NCBI GenBank assembly: GCA_964565945.1
Contig: CAZMGY010000015.1
Location: 30,001-62,000 of the forward strand
Source of the DNA: an uncultured bacterium
GTDB taxonomy: Bacteria; GCA-001730085
DNA length: 32,000 nucleotides
Reading direction: 5' to 3'
Shown here: positions 8,552 through 17,679 of the stretch, piece after piece
How positions within the stretch are numbered: the stretch's first letter is position 1
Layout of the letters: the number at the start of each line of letters is the position of its first letter
Translations under genes and position numbers: made by a program
The notes under the pieces: generated by a model
Databases searched by the model: none
What the model was told of the DNA's origin: nothing
Seen by the model: the letters and a program-made list of their open reading frames with translations, nothing else

Positions 8552-9493
8552 CTAGCTAGAATGGATTTGATCCCAAAAATCTAACACCTTTGTTTCTAAC
8601 GATGTGCCGTTAAGACGATTCATTTCTCGAAGGCACGTCGGAGAAGTTACATTAACCTCTATCAGCTTATCCCCGATAAAATCAAGGCCAACAAAATGCA
8701 AACCTAAGTGTTGCATATATGGCTTAAGTTGCTCCACAATATAGTTTTCCCCATCCGAAACCCCACAAGACAAAGCCTCGCCTCCAGCCATCAAATTGTT
8801 ACGTGGATCTCCGCTTGTGTTTTTGCGCAGAACCGCTCCAAGAATATCTCCATTCAAAAGCAATACACGTTTGTCGCCCTCTTTGGCCGCTTCCAAATAT
8901 TCTTGAACAATCACTGGACGTGTTCCCGCTCGGCTCAAAAGTTCAAACAATGTTTTCCGATTCACATCTAATCGATCAACAACGCAAACACCTTGGCCCC
9001 CAAAACTATCATAAGGTTTAAGCACCACTCGTGTATTTTTCTCCAAAAAATGACTATAGGCTTGCAAAGAAGACGTAACCAATGTCTGGGGCGTTAAGTC
9101 GCTTAACTGGGTGACCCACAGTTTTTCATTCACCGTACGGATCCCTGTCGAATTATTGCTCACCAGAACTTTGTCTTGGACTATATCAAGTAGCCAGGTG
9201 TTGCGCAAATAGGTTTCATCAAACGGCGGGTCTTTGCGAATCACCAGCACATCTACTTCGTTAGCTGTTAAAGATATTGTTTCTCGATCAACATCCAAAG
9301 TCCAATTTTCGCTCACAACAACATGCTGAACACCAAACAACAGCTGCCCTCCAACCACACTTAATCCGTTAGATGATAAATAATACACTGGATAACCACG
9401 ATTTTGCGCCTCTTTCATAAAAGCCAAACCCGTATCTTTGCGCGGATGTAACGATTCGGGAGAATCAATCCAAAACACATACGTCTTCATCAT
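8552..9493 (-). CDS. gshB: Glutathione synthetase (ATP-grasp)
   Basis: 313 aa. KDTGLAFMKEAQNRGYPVYY parallels the E. coli GshB block KDSSFAMLLEAQRRGYELHY. The C-terminal half is ATP-grasp-like. The gene is directly downstream of the putative gshA. Confidence 0.85.
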   Translation of the reverse strand: MMKTYVFWIDSPESLHPRKDTGLAFMKEAQNRGYPVYYLSSNGLSVVGGQLLFGVQHVVVSENWTLDVDRETISLTANEVDVLVIRKDPPFDETYLRNTWLLDIVQDKVLVSNNSTGIRTVNEKLWVTQLSDLTPQTLVTSSLQAYSHFLEKNTRVVLKPYDSFGGQGVCVVDRLDVNRKTLFELLSRAGTRPVIVQEYLEAAKEGDKRVLLLNGDILGAVLRKNTSGDPRNNLMAGGEALSCGVSDGENYIVEQLKPYMQHLGLHFVGLDFIGDKLIEVNVTSPTCLREMNRLNGTSLETKVLDFWDQIHSS

Positions 9494-9501
9494 TAATCCC
9501 T

Positions 9502-10749
9502 TTAAGCTTGCGCCATAAGTATTTCTTGAATTTCTTGGTAAGCCGCGATGCCCGCTAAGCGAGCCAAAATTTTATATTTTTCAAGGTTCTCTGCCTTGTG
9601 ATCCAAATAACAATTCTGCTCGCAGCGTTCCCGATGCGCATGATCACCCTCAGCACAAATTTTACGAAAACACATGCCTTGGGCATTCAAATTTTGCCGA
9701 TCATTCTTATCGCCATGGACACGATAAAAAGCACCTATAAAACAATTATTCAGTTGGTACAAACACACCTCACTAGTTTTTCCCTCAACCTCTAAAGCCG
9801 AAGGAACTCCCTCTTGCAACAAGAACTGATCAATCACCCTTGCACTTTTGCCTTTGTGCATCTTGTTTCGCATCTTGCGATTAAAATCAATAATCTCTTG
9901 GGGCTCTTCAATTGCTTGAACACCCATACCATAGGTTCCATAATCAGCTTTTAAAAAAAGAAAGGGTTTCTGCGTAATTCCATACTCGTCATACTTCGTT
10001 TGGATTTCTTGCAAAAGGGCTTCCGCCTCTTGAGCAATTCGATGACGATCATCAAAATTATTAATATCCACCCGCTCACAAACACGAAACAAACAGGAAT
10101 GGAGCCAAGGATCTAACCCTTGCTCACGTGTAAAGTTGGCTACCACCTCGTTCATATGAGCAAAGTGGCTCGATTTACGTCGCACATGCCAGCCCGCCAT
10201 TAACGAAGGATAAATCGGCAAATCTAAATTCAGCAATGACTGTGGAATACCCTCAATCAAATCATTATTCACAATCACCAAATCAACATCGTCACGGCCT
10301 TTTTTTTGACACTCAACAAAAGCATCTAAAGGATACACCTGAAGCGTGTCTCCCAAAGCCGTCGTTAACTCCAGTTTCGAAATATTCTCACAAAAAACTT
10401 CAGGCTCAACCACTAAGGGAGCCACCACTTTAACGTGATAACCTGCTTTTTCGATTAATTGCTGCAAGCTAAACACATTTTGCAAATACCAAGCATTCCG
10501 TGTATGCTCCTCGGCCACAATTACAACACTTTGACAATGAGGATGTTTGGACTCAATCGCCTCTCGAAAAATTAAACTTGCTTCATCCAGACTAAGACCA
10601 CACAAATTATTAAAACCCGCTGGAAACAGATTGGTGTCCACCACAGCCATCTTAAAACCAGCATCACGAATATCAACTGATGTGCACAAGGGCACTCCCT
10701 CCAATTCTTGCTGACTCAGCCACTCTTCTGTGCGTGTTTGATCATTCAT
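9502..10749 (-). CDS. gshA: Putative glutamate-cysteine ligase, non-canonical GshA family
   Basis: Only 8 nt separate it from gshB. The motifs DTNLFPAGFNN and FLKADYGTYGMGV fit my recollection of the GshA family first described in Acidithiobacillus ferrooxidans (Pfam GshA / TIGR02049), which I could not verify here. I moved the start from the TTG at 10836 to the ATG at 10749 (MNDQTRTEEW), because the TTG lies inside the predicted -35 box/operator. Confidence 0.6.
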   Translation of the reverse strand: MNDQTRTEEWLSQQELEGVPLCTSVDIRDAGFKMAVVDTNLFPAGFNNLCGLSLDEASLIFREAIESKHPHCQSVVIVAEEHTRNAWYLQNVFSLQQLIEKAGYHVKVVAPLVVEPEVFCENISKLELTTALGDTLQVYPLDAFVECQKKGRDDVDLVIVNNDLIEGIPQSLLNLDLPIYPSLMAGWHVRRKSSHFAHMNEVVANFTREQGLDPWLHSCLFRVCERVDINNFDDRHRIAQEAEALLQEIQTKYDEYGITQKPFLFLKADYGTYGMGVQAIEEPQEIIDFNRKMRNKMHKGKSARVIDQFLLQEGVPSALEVEGKTSEVCLYQLNNCFIGAFYRVHGDKNDRQNLNAQGMCFRKICAEGDHAHRERCEQNCYLDHKAENLEKYKILARLAGIAAYQEIQEILMAQA

Positions 10750-10807
10750 ATTTTGATACTTATCCTTGTCGCTTTTACGGTCTTTAGGCTCACTATACAG
10801 AATTTTT

Positions 10808-10849
10808 ACTATATCGCAACTTGACTGATCAGTCAAATTTGTTTATTAT
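10808..10849. promoter_or_regulatory. Back-to-back divergent promoters sharing a perfect 16-bp palindrome (probable TetR operator)
   Basis: TTGACTGATCAGTCAA at 10821-10836 is a perfect palindrome. On the plus strand, TTGACT (10821-26), 17 nt, then TATTAT (10844-49), followed by AAGGAG (10860-65) and the tetR ATG at 10873. On the minus strand, TTGACT (10836-31), 17 nt, then TATAGT (10813-08), reading toward gshA. Confidence 0.6.
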
Positions 10850-10872
10850 TCAAAAATACAAGGAGAAAAAAC

Positions 10873-11511
10873 ATGAGCACTAATATCTCACTAACCAAAC
10901 AACGTCTGATTGACACCGCTATTGATCTTATTTGGCAAAATAGCTACAGCTCGGTGAGTGTCAATGGAATCTGCAAAGAAGCTAACATTAAAAAAGGCAG
11001 CTTCTACCATTTTTTTCCATCCAAAGTGGATCTGGCATTGGCCGTTATCGACCAATATTTTGACTACAAAAGACAACTTATGGATGCAATGTTTTCAGCT
11101 TCAATTCCTCCACTCAATCGCTTTTACAATTTAATTGATCATATCTATAACACACAAAAAGAAACCTTGGAAAAATATGGAAAAGTCTGCGGATGCCCTC
11201 TCACCATTTTGGGATCAGAAATGACAGGCCAAGAAGAACGGATCCGTTCCAAAGTTGATTTTGTTTTTATCACACTCCAAAAGTATTACGAAACAGCCAT
11301 TCGAGATCTTGTAGGACAAGGCGATCTCCCTCCTGACACTAACGTAACAGCAATCGTCGGACATTTGAATGCCTATGTATTAGGGCAAGTCACACTGGCA
11401 CGCATATACAATTCGCTCGAAACGCTTGAACAAGAATTAACACCCAGAGTCATGCATATTTTGGGATTATCCAAAGAAACATCATCTCTTTACCAACTGG
11501 TCAACTTATAA
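10873..11511 (+). CDS. TetR/AcrR-family transcriptional regulator
   Basis: 212 aa. The N-terminal HTH is RLIDTAIDLIWQNSYSSVSVNGICKEANIKKGSFYHFFPSKVDLALAV, a typical TetR_N domain. A strong SD is present. Confidence 0.9.
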   Translation: MSTNISLTKQRLIDTAIDLIWQNSYSSVSVNGICKEANIKKGSFYHFFPSKVDLALAVIDQYFDYKRQLMDAMFSASIPPLNRFYNLIDHIYNTQKETLEKYGKVCGCPLTILGSEMTGQEERIRSKVDFVFITLQKYYETAIRDLVGQGDLPPDTNVTAIVGHLNAYVLGQVTLARIYNSLETLEQELTPRVMHILGLSKETSSLYQLVNL

Positions 11512-11624
11512 AGAAAGAGACCTCGCCAAGGAATGTATTTCGGATGAACCGACTTAACGTATCTCGATACCTACGCCGTAGCAAGCAAAAGTATTGTTCG
11601 TCTTTATACGTCCTTAGGTGTTTA

Positions 11625-12626
11625 CTAAGTTTTAGAAAGAAAGTTATCTTGCAATACAGAAGCAAGCGATTCTTGCAACTTCTCTGATTCCTCAACACAC
11701 ACAGCCCAACCTTCTTTCTGGCAAGCACGTGCATTGTGCAGTTGATGATCATCCGCCGAATGCTTTAGGGGAACCACGATAGCAGGTTTACCCAAAGCCC
11801 GAATTTCTGCCAAGCTAGCCGCCCCTGCACGTGACACAATCACATCGGCCAAAGCCATCAAGCCCGCCATATTTTCATAAAAGGGCACCACTTTAACCGA
11901 GCTTACTACTCCAATATGAGTGTAGGCCTCTTGCATCACAGTGGCATTTGCCACTCCGGTCAAATGCACCCATTGAACATCGTTATTTTCCTTGACCAAA
12001 GTCAACATAGCACGGTTAAGGACCTCTGCTCCTTGACTACCTCCCAAAACAAGCCGTAGCAGTTTAGATTTATCGAGGCCGAGATCCTTGCTCACTTGAT
12101 CTTTGTCGACCTCTGTTACCTCATGAAAAGCTAAACGCACTGGCACACCCGTCGAATCAAACTTATCTTTCATCTGGGGAGTCATCTTCCAAAAACAGTC
12201 CGAACCAGCAAAACCTAAACATATCTTGTGAGCAAACCGCCCTAAGAAACGATTGGCTTTACCTGGAATCACATTGGGTTCCATCAAAATCACAGGTAAC
12301 CTTAAAAACCTAGCCGCCAAGACCATCGGCACCGAAACAAATCCTCCCATGCCAATCACCGCATCAACAGAATATTTCTTAAGAAAATATTTGGCTTTAA
12401 AAAAAGCTTTCACAGTCACCGTGAACCAGCGAAGCAAGCCTTTAGATGGACTCAAGGTATGAAAAACTTCAAAAGACCACGGCGTTTTCGATAAAATATG
12501 TCGGTCCAAATCGTGATCGGAGCACAAAAAAACAACGCTGTGGCCAGCACGATCGAGTTGTTCAGCGATCGCTACGCCAGGACACAAATGACCGCCCGTT
12601 TTTCCTCCAGCAATTGCAACCTTCAT
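11625..12626 (-). CDS. murG: UDP-N-acetylglucosamine--N-acetylmuramyl-(pentapeptide) pyrophosphoryl-undecaprenol GlcNAc transferase
   Basis: 333 aa. It starts MKVAIAGGKTGGHLCPGVAIAEQL (the GGTGGH-type motif). It lies in dcw context, and its ATG overlaps the ftsW TGA as ATGA. Confidence 0.9.
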   Translation of the reverse strand: MKVAIAGGKTGGHLCPGVAIAEQLDRAGHSVVFLCSDHDLDRHILSKTPWSFEVFHTLSPSKGLLRWFTVTVKAFFKAKYFLKKYSVDAVIGMGGFVSVPMVLAARFLRLPVILMEPNVIPGKANRFLGRFAHKICLGFAGSDCFWKMTPQMKDKFDSTGVPVRLAFHEVTEVDKDQVSKDLGLDKSKLLRLVLGGSQGAEVLNRAMLTLVKENNDVQWVHLTGVANATVMQEAYTHIGVVSSVKVVPFYENMAGLMALADVIVSRAGAASLAEIRALGKPAIVVPLKHSADDHQLHNARACQKEGWAVCVEESEKLQESLASVLQDNFLSKT

Positions 12627-13744
12627 GATGCAAATGCCTTATGAAAGGAAGTATTCCTTTGGCGATTGCTTTTTTCGATACTAATCAAAAGGCCTATCGC
12701 CATCAAATGCATCACAAGCGACGTTCCGCCAAAGCTCACAAAAGGTAAGGTCGTTCCTTTAGTTGGCAAAAGCGCCGTCACCACCCCAACATTAATAAAC
12801 ACCTGTATGCCAATCAAAAAAGTTAGACCACAAGCCAAAAAATGTAAAAAAGAATCCTGCGCTCTAAGCGCAATCTTCGTAGCGATTAAAAGGAGGTAAG
12901 CAAATAAACCAATCAAAAACAAACCTCCCAAAAAACCTGTCTCTTCGGCATAAATCGAAAAAATAAAATCAGTATGCGCTTCCGGTAGGTAATAATACTT
13001 TTGCACACTTTGCCCTAAACCTTTGCCTGTTAGCCCTCCAGTTCCGATCGCAATCATTGACTGAATGATTTGATAGCCCATATTTTGTGGATCTTGCCAA
13101 GGATCCAAATAAATCAAAACCCGTTGCAAACGAAAAGCATATTTCGTAATAGCCATGTAAATAACTGGGCTCATCATACCCAAAATAGCTATCAAATAAC
13201 GGAGTTTCACACCCGCCACATATAGCATAAACCAAACCACCCCAGCCAAAATCACAGTGGTTCCTAAATCACGCTCCGTCAAAATAAGCACTAACACCAA
13301 CGCCACACCTACAAATAAAAATAAGTAAGTTTTAAGTGCTTGGTTGGGGTTCTCATCTTTATGTGACAACATTCTAGCCACAAAAACAACCGTAGCCAAC
13401 TTACAAAACTCGGAGGGCTGAACACTAAAACCAAATAAACGAATCCAACGACGTGCCCCGCCCACCTCGACCGAAAGCCCCGGAATAAGCACTAGCAACA
13501 AGGCAATAATATTGATCCCCATAAGATAAAAGGCATATTTTTTGTACAACTCAGGACGGATTTTCATACACACCATCTGAGCTATTAAGCCCAGGATAAT
13601 CCACATCAGCTGACGCTTCACATAAAATAAACTATCCCCAAATTTTTCAATCGCCGAATAAGCGCTGGTGCTATAAATCACAATCAACCCAATCAAAGCT
13701 AACAACAAAGCTGTCACATAAAGTTGAATCATCCATTTTTTCAC
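12623..13744 (-). CDS. ftsW: SEDS-family peptidoglycan glycosyltransferase FtsW
   Basis: 373 aa, polytopic, FtsW/RodA/SpoVE family (PSEFCKLA, TDFIFS, GTTLPFVSFGGTS). Its position between murD and murG argues for FtsW. Confidence 0.85.
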   Translation of the reverse strand: MKKWMIQLYVTALLLALIGLIVIYSTSAYSAIEKFGDSLFYVKRQLMWIILGLIAQMVCMKIRPELYKKYAFYLMGINIIALLLVLIPGLSVEVGGARRWIRLFGFSVQPSEFCKLATVVFVARMLSHKDENPNQALKTYLFLFVGVALVLVLILTERDLGTTVILAGVVWFMLYVAGVKLRYLIAILGMMSPVIYMAITKYAFRLQRVLIYLDPWQDPQNMGYQIIQSMIAIGTGGLTGKGLGQSVQKYYYLPEAHTDFIFSIYAEETGFLGGLFLIGLFAYLLLIATKIALRAQDSFLHFLACGLTFLIGIQVFINVGVVTALLPTKGTTLPFVSFGGTSLVMHLMAIGLLISIEKSNRQRNTSFHKAFAS

Positions 13745-15018
13745 AAAGACATCACCTCGTGTTCAAATGCCAATCCTCGCTTTTCGAAATTGCTAAAGCT
13801 ATCTAAACTGGAACACCCCGGAGAAAGCAATACCGTATCTCCAGGAACACTTAAATCATAAGACTTGATAATAGCTTCCCTTAGGGAATCAACGCAATAA
13901 ACATCGTTCTCCTTCAAGCAATTCATGATGCTACTTTGAGCCATTTCTCCATAAACCACAATATGATTGACCCTCCGTGGCAAAGCCGAAGCAATTGCGG
14001 TTAAGGGATCGTTTTTGGGACGACCGCCTAAAATCAAAACAACCGACGTATAAATACTTTGCAAGGCATGAATCACAGCATCGGCATTGGTCGCTTTGGA
14101 ATCATTGATAAAGTGAATATCATTTAAGGTACGCACGTGCTCCAAGCGATGTGGTAGGCCACCAAACACTTGCAAAGCCTGCTTCATTTCATTCATGTCG
14201 ACACCCAAATCACTCAGTAACACCAAAACAGCCAAAATATTTTTTTGATTATGTACTCCCCAAAGCCTTAGAGAACTCCAAAGAATCCAAAGTTTGTTCT
14301 GATAATAAATCGCATGGGCATCACTATAAAAACTTGGCCCAGAGTCCTGCAAGGAAAACGCCTGCACACGAGGTTTTCCACACAGCCACTCCTGCAACAA
14401 AGAATCTTCTTGAGGCAATACACAGATATCTTCTGGTGTTTGGTTTTGGGTGATTTTCATTTTGATCTGCGCATAATCCATAAAACTTTCATAGCGATCA
14501 AGATGATCCGGAGTAATATTTAAAATAATCACCCCTCGCGCATGCAAAGATTCCATCGCTTCCAACTGAAAACTACTTAGCTCCAAAACCAAATAATCCC
14601 CCGACTTTATTTTGGAAAGCCCCTCGGTTAAAGGCGTTCCCACATTACCAAGCAGATGACTCGCATGACCACAGGCTTGCAACAATTGGTGTAACAAATT
14701 CACCACAGTTGTCTTACCATTGGTCCCAGTCACCGCCAAAAGACAACATCCCTCAGGCAAATACCGTAAACCAAATTCAATTTCACTCATAACCGTCAGT
14801 CCTCTGACCTGTGCCGTTTGCACCACCTGATGGTTCAAGGATACCCCTGGACTGACAACAACCTGATCCACCTTATCCCAAGGTATAGTATCAATGGCAT
14901 TGGCGCCATAATCAGCTTCGCAATAATCATCATAGGTCACCACTGTAAGCTGATGATCGTGGCACCAATGCACCACCGAACGACCGCTCTGACCTAAACC
15001 AATCACACAAACACTCAT
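13741..15018 (-). CDS. murD: UDP-N-acetylmuramoylalanine--D-glutamate ligase
   Basis: Mur ligase motifs are present (VIGLGQSGRS, VTGTNGKTT, DSKATN). I moved the start to the ATG at 15018 (MSVCVIGLG), 2 nt after the mraY stop. Confidence 0.9.
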   Translation of the reverse strand: MSVCVIGLGQSGRSVVHWCHDHQLTVVTYDDYCEADYGANAIDTIPWDKVDQVVVSPGVSLNHQVVQTAQVRGLTVMSEIEFGLRYLPEGCCLLAVTGTNGKTTVVNLLHQLLQACGHASHLLGNVGTPLTEGLSKIKSGDYLVLELSSFQLEAMESLHARGVIILNITPDHLDRYESFMDYAQIKMKITQNQTPEDICVLPQEDSLLQEWLCGKPRVQAFSLQDSGPSFYSDAHAIYYQNKLWILWSSLRLWGVHNQKNILAVLVLLSDLGVDMNEMKQALQVFGGLPHRLEHVRTLNDIHFINDSKATNADAVIHALQSIYTSVVLILGGRPKNDPLTAIASALPRRVNHIVVYGEMAQSSIMNCLKENDVYCVDSLREAIIKSYDLSVPGDTVLLSPGCSSLDSFSNFEKRGLAFEHEVMSL

Positions 15019-15020
15019 AA

Positions 15021-16106
15021 TCACCTCAATTTCAATGTCGATAAACCTATAAGGGCAAACAAGACCGACACAATCCAAAAACGAATCACAATTTTGGTTT
15101 CGGGCAAACCTTTCATTTCAAAATGATGGTGAATCGGGGCGATCAGAAAGAATCGTTTGCCCGTTGTTTTAAACACCGCAATTTGAATAATCACCGAAAT
15201 TGTTTCGATCACAAAAACACCACCCACAACAAGAAGAACCAGTTCTTGTTTCACCAAAATAGCCACTAATCCCAGCAAACTACCTAAAGTTAACGATCCC
15301 GTATCCCCCATAAAGATAGAAGCCGGATACGCATTGAACCAAAGAAAACCCAAACAAGCCCCAATAGTGGCCGCACATAAAACCGCCAACTCACCCGAGC
15401 CTGGAATATACAGCACATGCAAATAGTGACTTAAACCCACATGGCCCGCCACATAGGCCAAAATAAAATAAGTCATAAAAGCCGTAATGAGGGTACCCGA
15501 AGCCAAACCGTCCAAACCATCAGTGATATTCACAGCATTACAGGTCGACAAAATGACCAAAAACATAAAAATCACGTACAGCCAACCGAGCTCAATTACC
15601 ACATTTTTCAAAAAAGGCACCGTTAACGACAAATGCTCTGGGTTATGTCGGTAAATCATCCCGCCAATAAACACAGTGAACATCAATTGCCAAAAAAACT
15701 TTGTTCGAATTTTCAATCCTTTTCCATGCGTACCCAAACACTTCCTGTAATCATCGACAAAACCCAAAACACCAATGCAACCAATCGAAAGAAGCGCCAT
15801 TTGGATATAAAAATTGGTCACATCGGACCAGATCAACACAGATACCAATAAAGCAGCCAAAATCACAATGCCTCCCATCGAAGGAGTTTTTTCTTTATTT
15901 TTATGTTTTTCGTAAAGCTCCTCGTGATCATCTGAAATTTTTTCCAAACACTGCATTTTTTGAAGACCTTTGATGATCAAAGATCCAAAACACAAAGCAA
16001 AAAGAAGCGCTGTGAGCGCCGCAAATGCAGCGCGAAAAGAAATATAGCGCACAACATTTAGCACACTATATTGATCCAAAAACGGATAAATTAAATCATA
16101 AAACAT
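15021..16106 (-). CDS. mraY: Phospho-N-acetylmuramoyl-pentapeptide transferase
   Basis: MraY hallmarks are present (NVVRYISFRAA, TPSMGGI, NAVNITDGLDGLA, APIHHHFE). I chose the ATG at 16106 (MFYDLIYPF) because it reproduces the E. coli N-terminal spacing. A GTG at 16127 is the alternative. Confidence 0.9.
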   Translation of the reverse strand: MFYDLIYPFLDQYSVLNVVRYISFRAAFAALTALLFALCFGSLIIKGLQKMQCLEKISDDHEELYEKHKNKEKTPSMGGIVILAALLVSVLIWSDVTNFYIQMALLSIGCIGVLGFVDDYRKCLGTHGKGLKIRTKFFWQLMFTVFIGGMIYRHNPEHLSLTVPFLKNVVIELGWLYVIFMFLVILSTCNAVNITDGLDGLASGTLITAFMTYFILAYVAGHVGLSHYLHVLYIPGSGELAVLCAATIGACLGFLWFNAYPASIFMGDTGSLTLGSLLGLVAILVKQELVLLVVGGVFVIETISVIIQIAVFKTTGKRFFLIAPIHHHFEMKGLPETKIVIRFWIVSVLFALIGLSTLKLR

Positions 16107-16114
16107 AAACCTCT

Positions 16115-17434
16115 TTAAACCCCACACATAGATTCATACTGATCTTTAACGTGCTCTAACCATCTTTCTAGCTTCATAGCACGCGACCCTTTGACATAAA
16201 CAATATCACCTTTTTGTAATTCCACATCCCACTGCAAAATAGCTTGTTCAACATTCTCCACTAACTTTAGCTTTGGCGTTACCAAAGTATCCTTATAGCA
16301 ACTCTGATAAACCTGATTCATAAGCGGACCGACCACTACTAGGCCATCAGATTGCAGAGCAATAACATCCTCCCAAACATAGCGATGCCACTTGTCACTA
16401 TCGAGACCTAATTCTTTCATATCCCCAATGCAAACAAACACCCGCTCTCCTGGCAAACAAGCCAGAGCTCTTAAACTTTCACGGAAGGATTCCGGGTTAG
16501 CGTTGTAAGAATCATCAACAAATTGGACACCTTCAATCGAGCGTACCATAAATCGCCCAAGGACTCCAGCAAAGCTTTGCAAAGTATGGCCGATTTCGGT
16601 CGAGGCCATCCCTAAACCCTCAGCCACACGGCGGACCAAGGCCGCGTTTTTCTTCATAGGTGCGGACCAATTCGCCGTAGCGGGCTCATTGACAAGCTCA
16701 TCGTCATCCTGAACAGCGCATACAATCCCCTCAAAAGATCGCACAAAAGGCTGCAACAAAGGTTCCTTCTGATGATAAACAAACTTGCCATCTGGACGTG
16801 CATACTTTAGCAAGGCCGTTTTTTCTTGAGCTATCGTTTCCAACGAGAGCATTCCTTCTAAATGCGAAGGGTGAATATGCGTAATCACCACCCAATCGGG
16901 CTGCACCATGGCCCCCAAACAATCCATTTCGCCGATTTGATTGATCCCAAGCTCCAAAACAGCCACCTCATCCGAGGGTTTTAAATCCAACAGAGACAAA
17001 GCCACACCGATTTCATTGTTATGGTTGGCATAGGTGGCTGAAACCTCAAACTTATGGCCCAGCACGTGCTTCAGAAGTTCCTTGGTGCTTGTTTTGCCAC
17101 TCGACCCAGTGATGGCCACCACTGGTCCCTTAAATGTGTGACGATAAGCTTTAGCTAAATCTTGCAAGGCGACTAACGTATCTTCCACGCAAAAACAGGG
17201 TACTTCTTGGTTTAAAAACTTAGCATCCGAGACAATCAAGGCTGTAACACCTTTTTGAATCGCATCCGCACAGAAACCATGCCCATCAAAATGAGGGCCT
17301 TTGAGCGCCAAAAACACATCCTCCGAAACAAGTTGGCGGGAATCGGTACAAATCCGTAAAGGTTTATTAGGTAAGTCTTTAGCATTTTTTTGAGCTAAAG
17401 GCAATAGTTGAGGTAAATCCAAGACCGCATACAC
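16115..17434 (-). CDS. murF: UDP-N-acetylmuramoyl-tripeptide--D-alanyl-D-alanine ligase
   Basis: 439 aa. Contains ITGSSGKTSTKE and DDSYNANP, and lies in dcw context. It has a GTG start. Confidence 0.9.
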   Translation of the reverse strand: MYAVLDLPQLLPLAQKNAKDLPNKPLRICTDSRQLVSEDVFLALKGPHFDGHGFCADAIQKGVTALIVSDAKFLNQEVPCFCVEDTLVALQDLAKAYRHTFKGPVVAITGSSGKTSTKELLKHVLGHKFEVSATYANHNNEIGVALSLLDLKPSDEVAVLELGINQIGEMDCLGAMVQPDWVVITHIHPSHLEGMLSLETIAQEKTALLKYARPDGKFVYHQKEPLLQPFVRSFEGIVCAVQDDDELVNEPATANWSAPMKKNAALVRRVAEGLGMASTEIGHTLQSFAGVLGRFMVRSIEGVQFVDDSYNANPESFRESLRALACLPGERVFVCIGDMKELGLDSDKWHRYVWEDVIALQSDGLVVVGPLMNQVYQSCYKDTLVTPKLKLVENVEQAILQWDVELQKGDIVYVKGSRAMKLERWLEHVKDQYESMCGV

Positions 17435-17679
17435 CGCTCTATTTTACCATGAACCTAAAGTAGGGGACGCTACTTTATCAATATTAAGAAAGTCAAGATA
17501 CTAGCAACATCCCCTACGTTGTTTGTTCGACAATACCATTGACCTCAAGGGCTCTTGGTTCTAAGGCAAATTCGCATCACTGCCTTAACCCTGTTGTTAA
17601 AAAAGAAAAATACAACGAAAAAATTTATAGCACACCTAAGAAAGAAAACCTTAACATAAATTCTCTAAGGAGAAAGAAC

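Noticed and set aside
10750-10836. TTG start codon of the gshA ORF at 10836, leaving only a 36-bp intergenic gap to tetR
   Set aside because: The TTG is part of the palindromic -35/operator sequence and would lie upstream of the transcription start predicted from TTGACT-17-TATAGT. The ATG at 10749 is more plausible, although its Shine-Dalgarno is weak.
11501-11752. 83-aa minus-strand ORF spanning the tetR/murG convergent gap
   Set aside because: It overlaps the murG 3' end in another frame and the tetR stop. It has no ribosome-binding site or motif. I also found no convincing terminator hairpin in 11512-11624.
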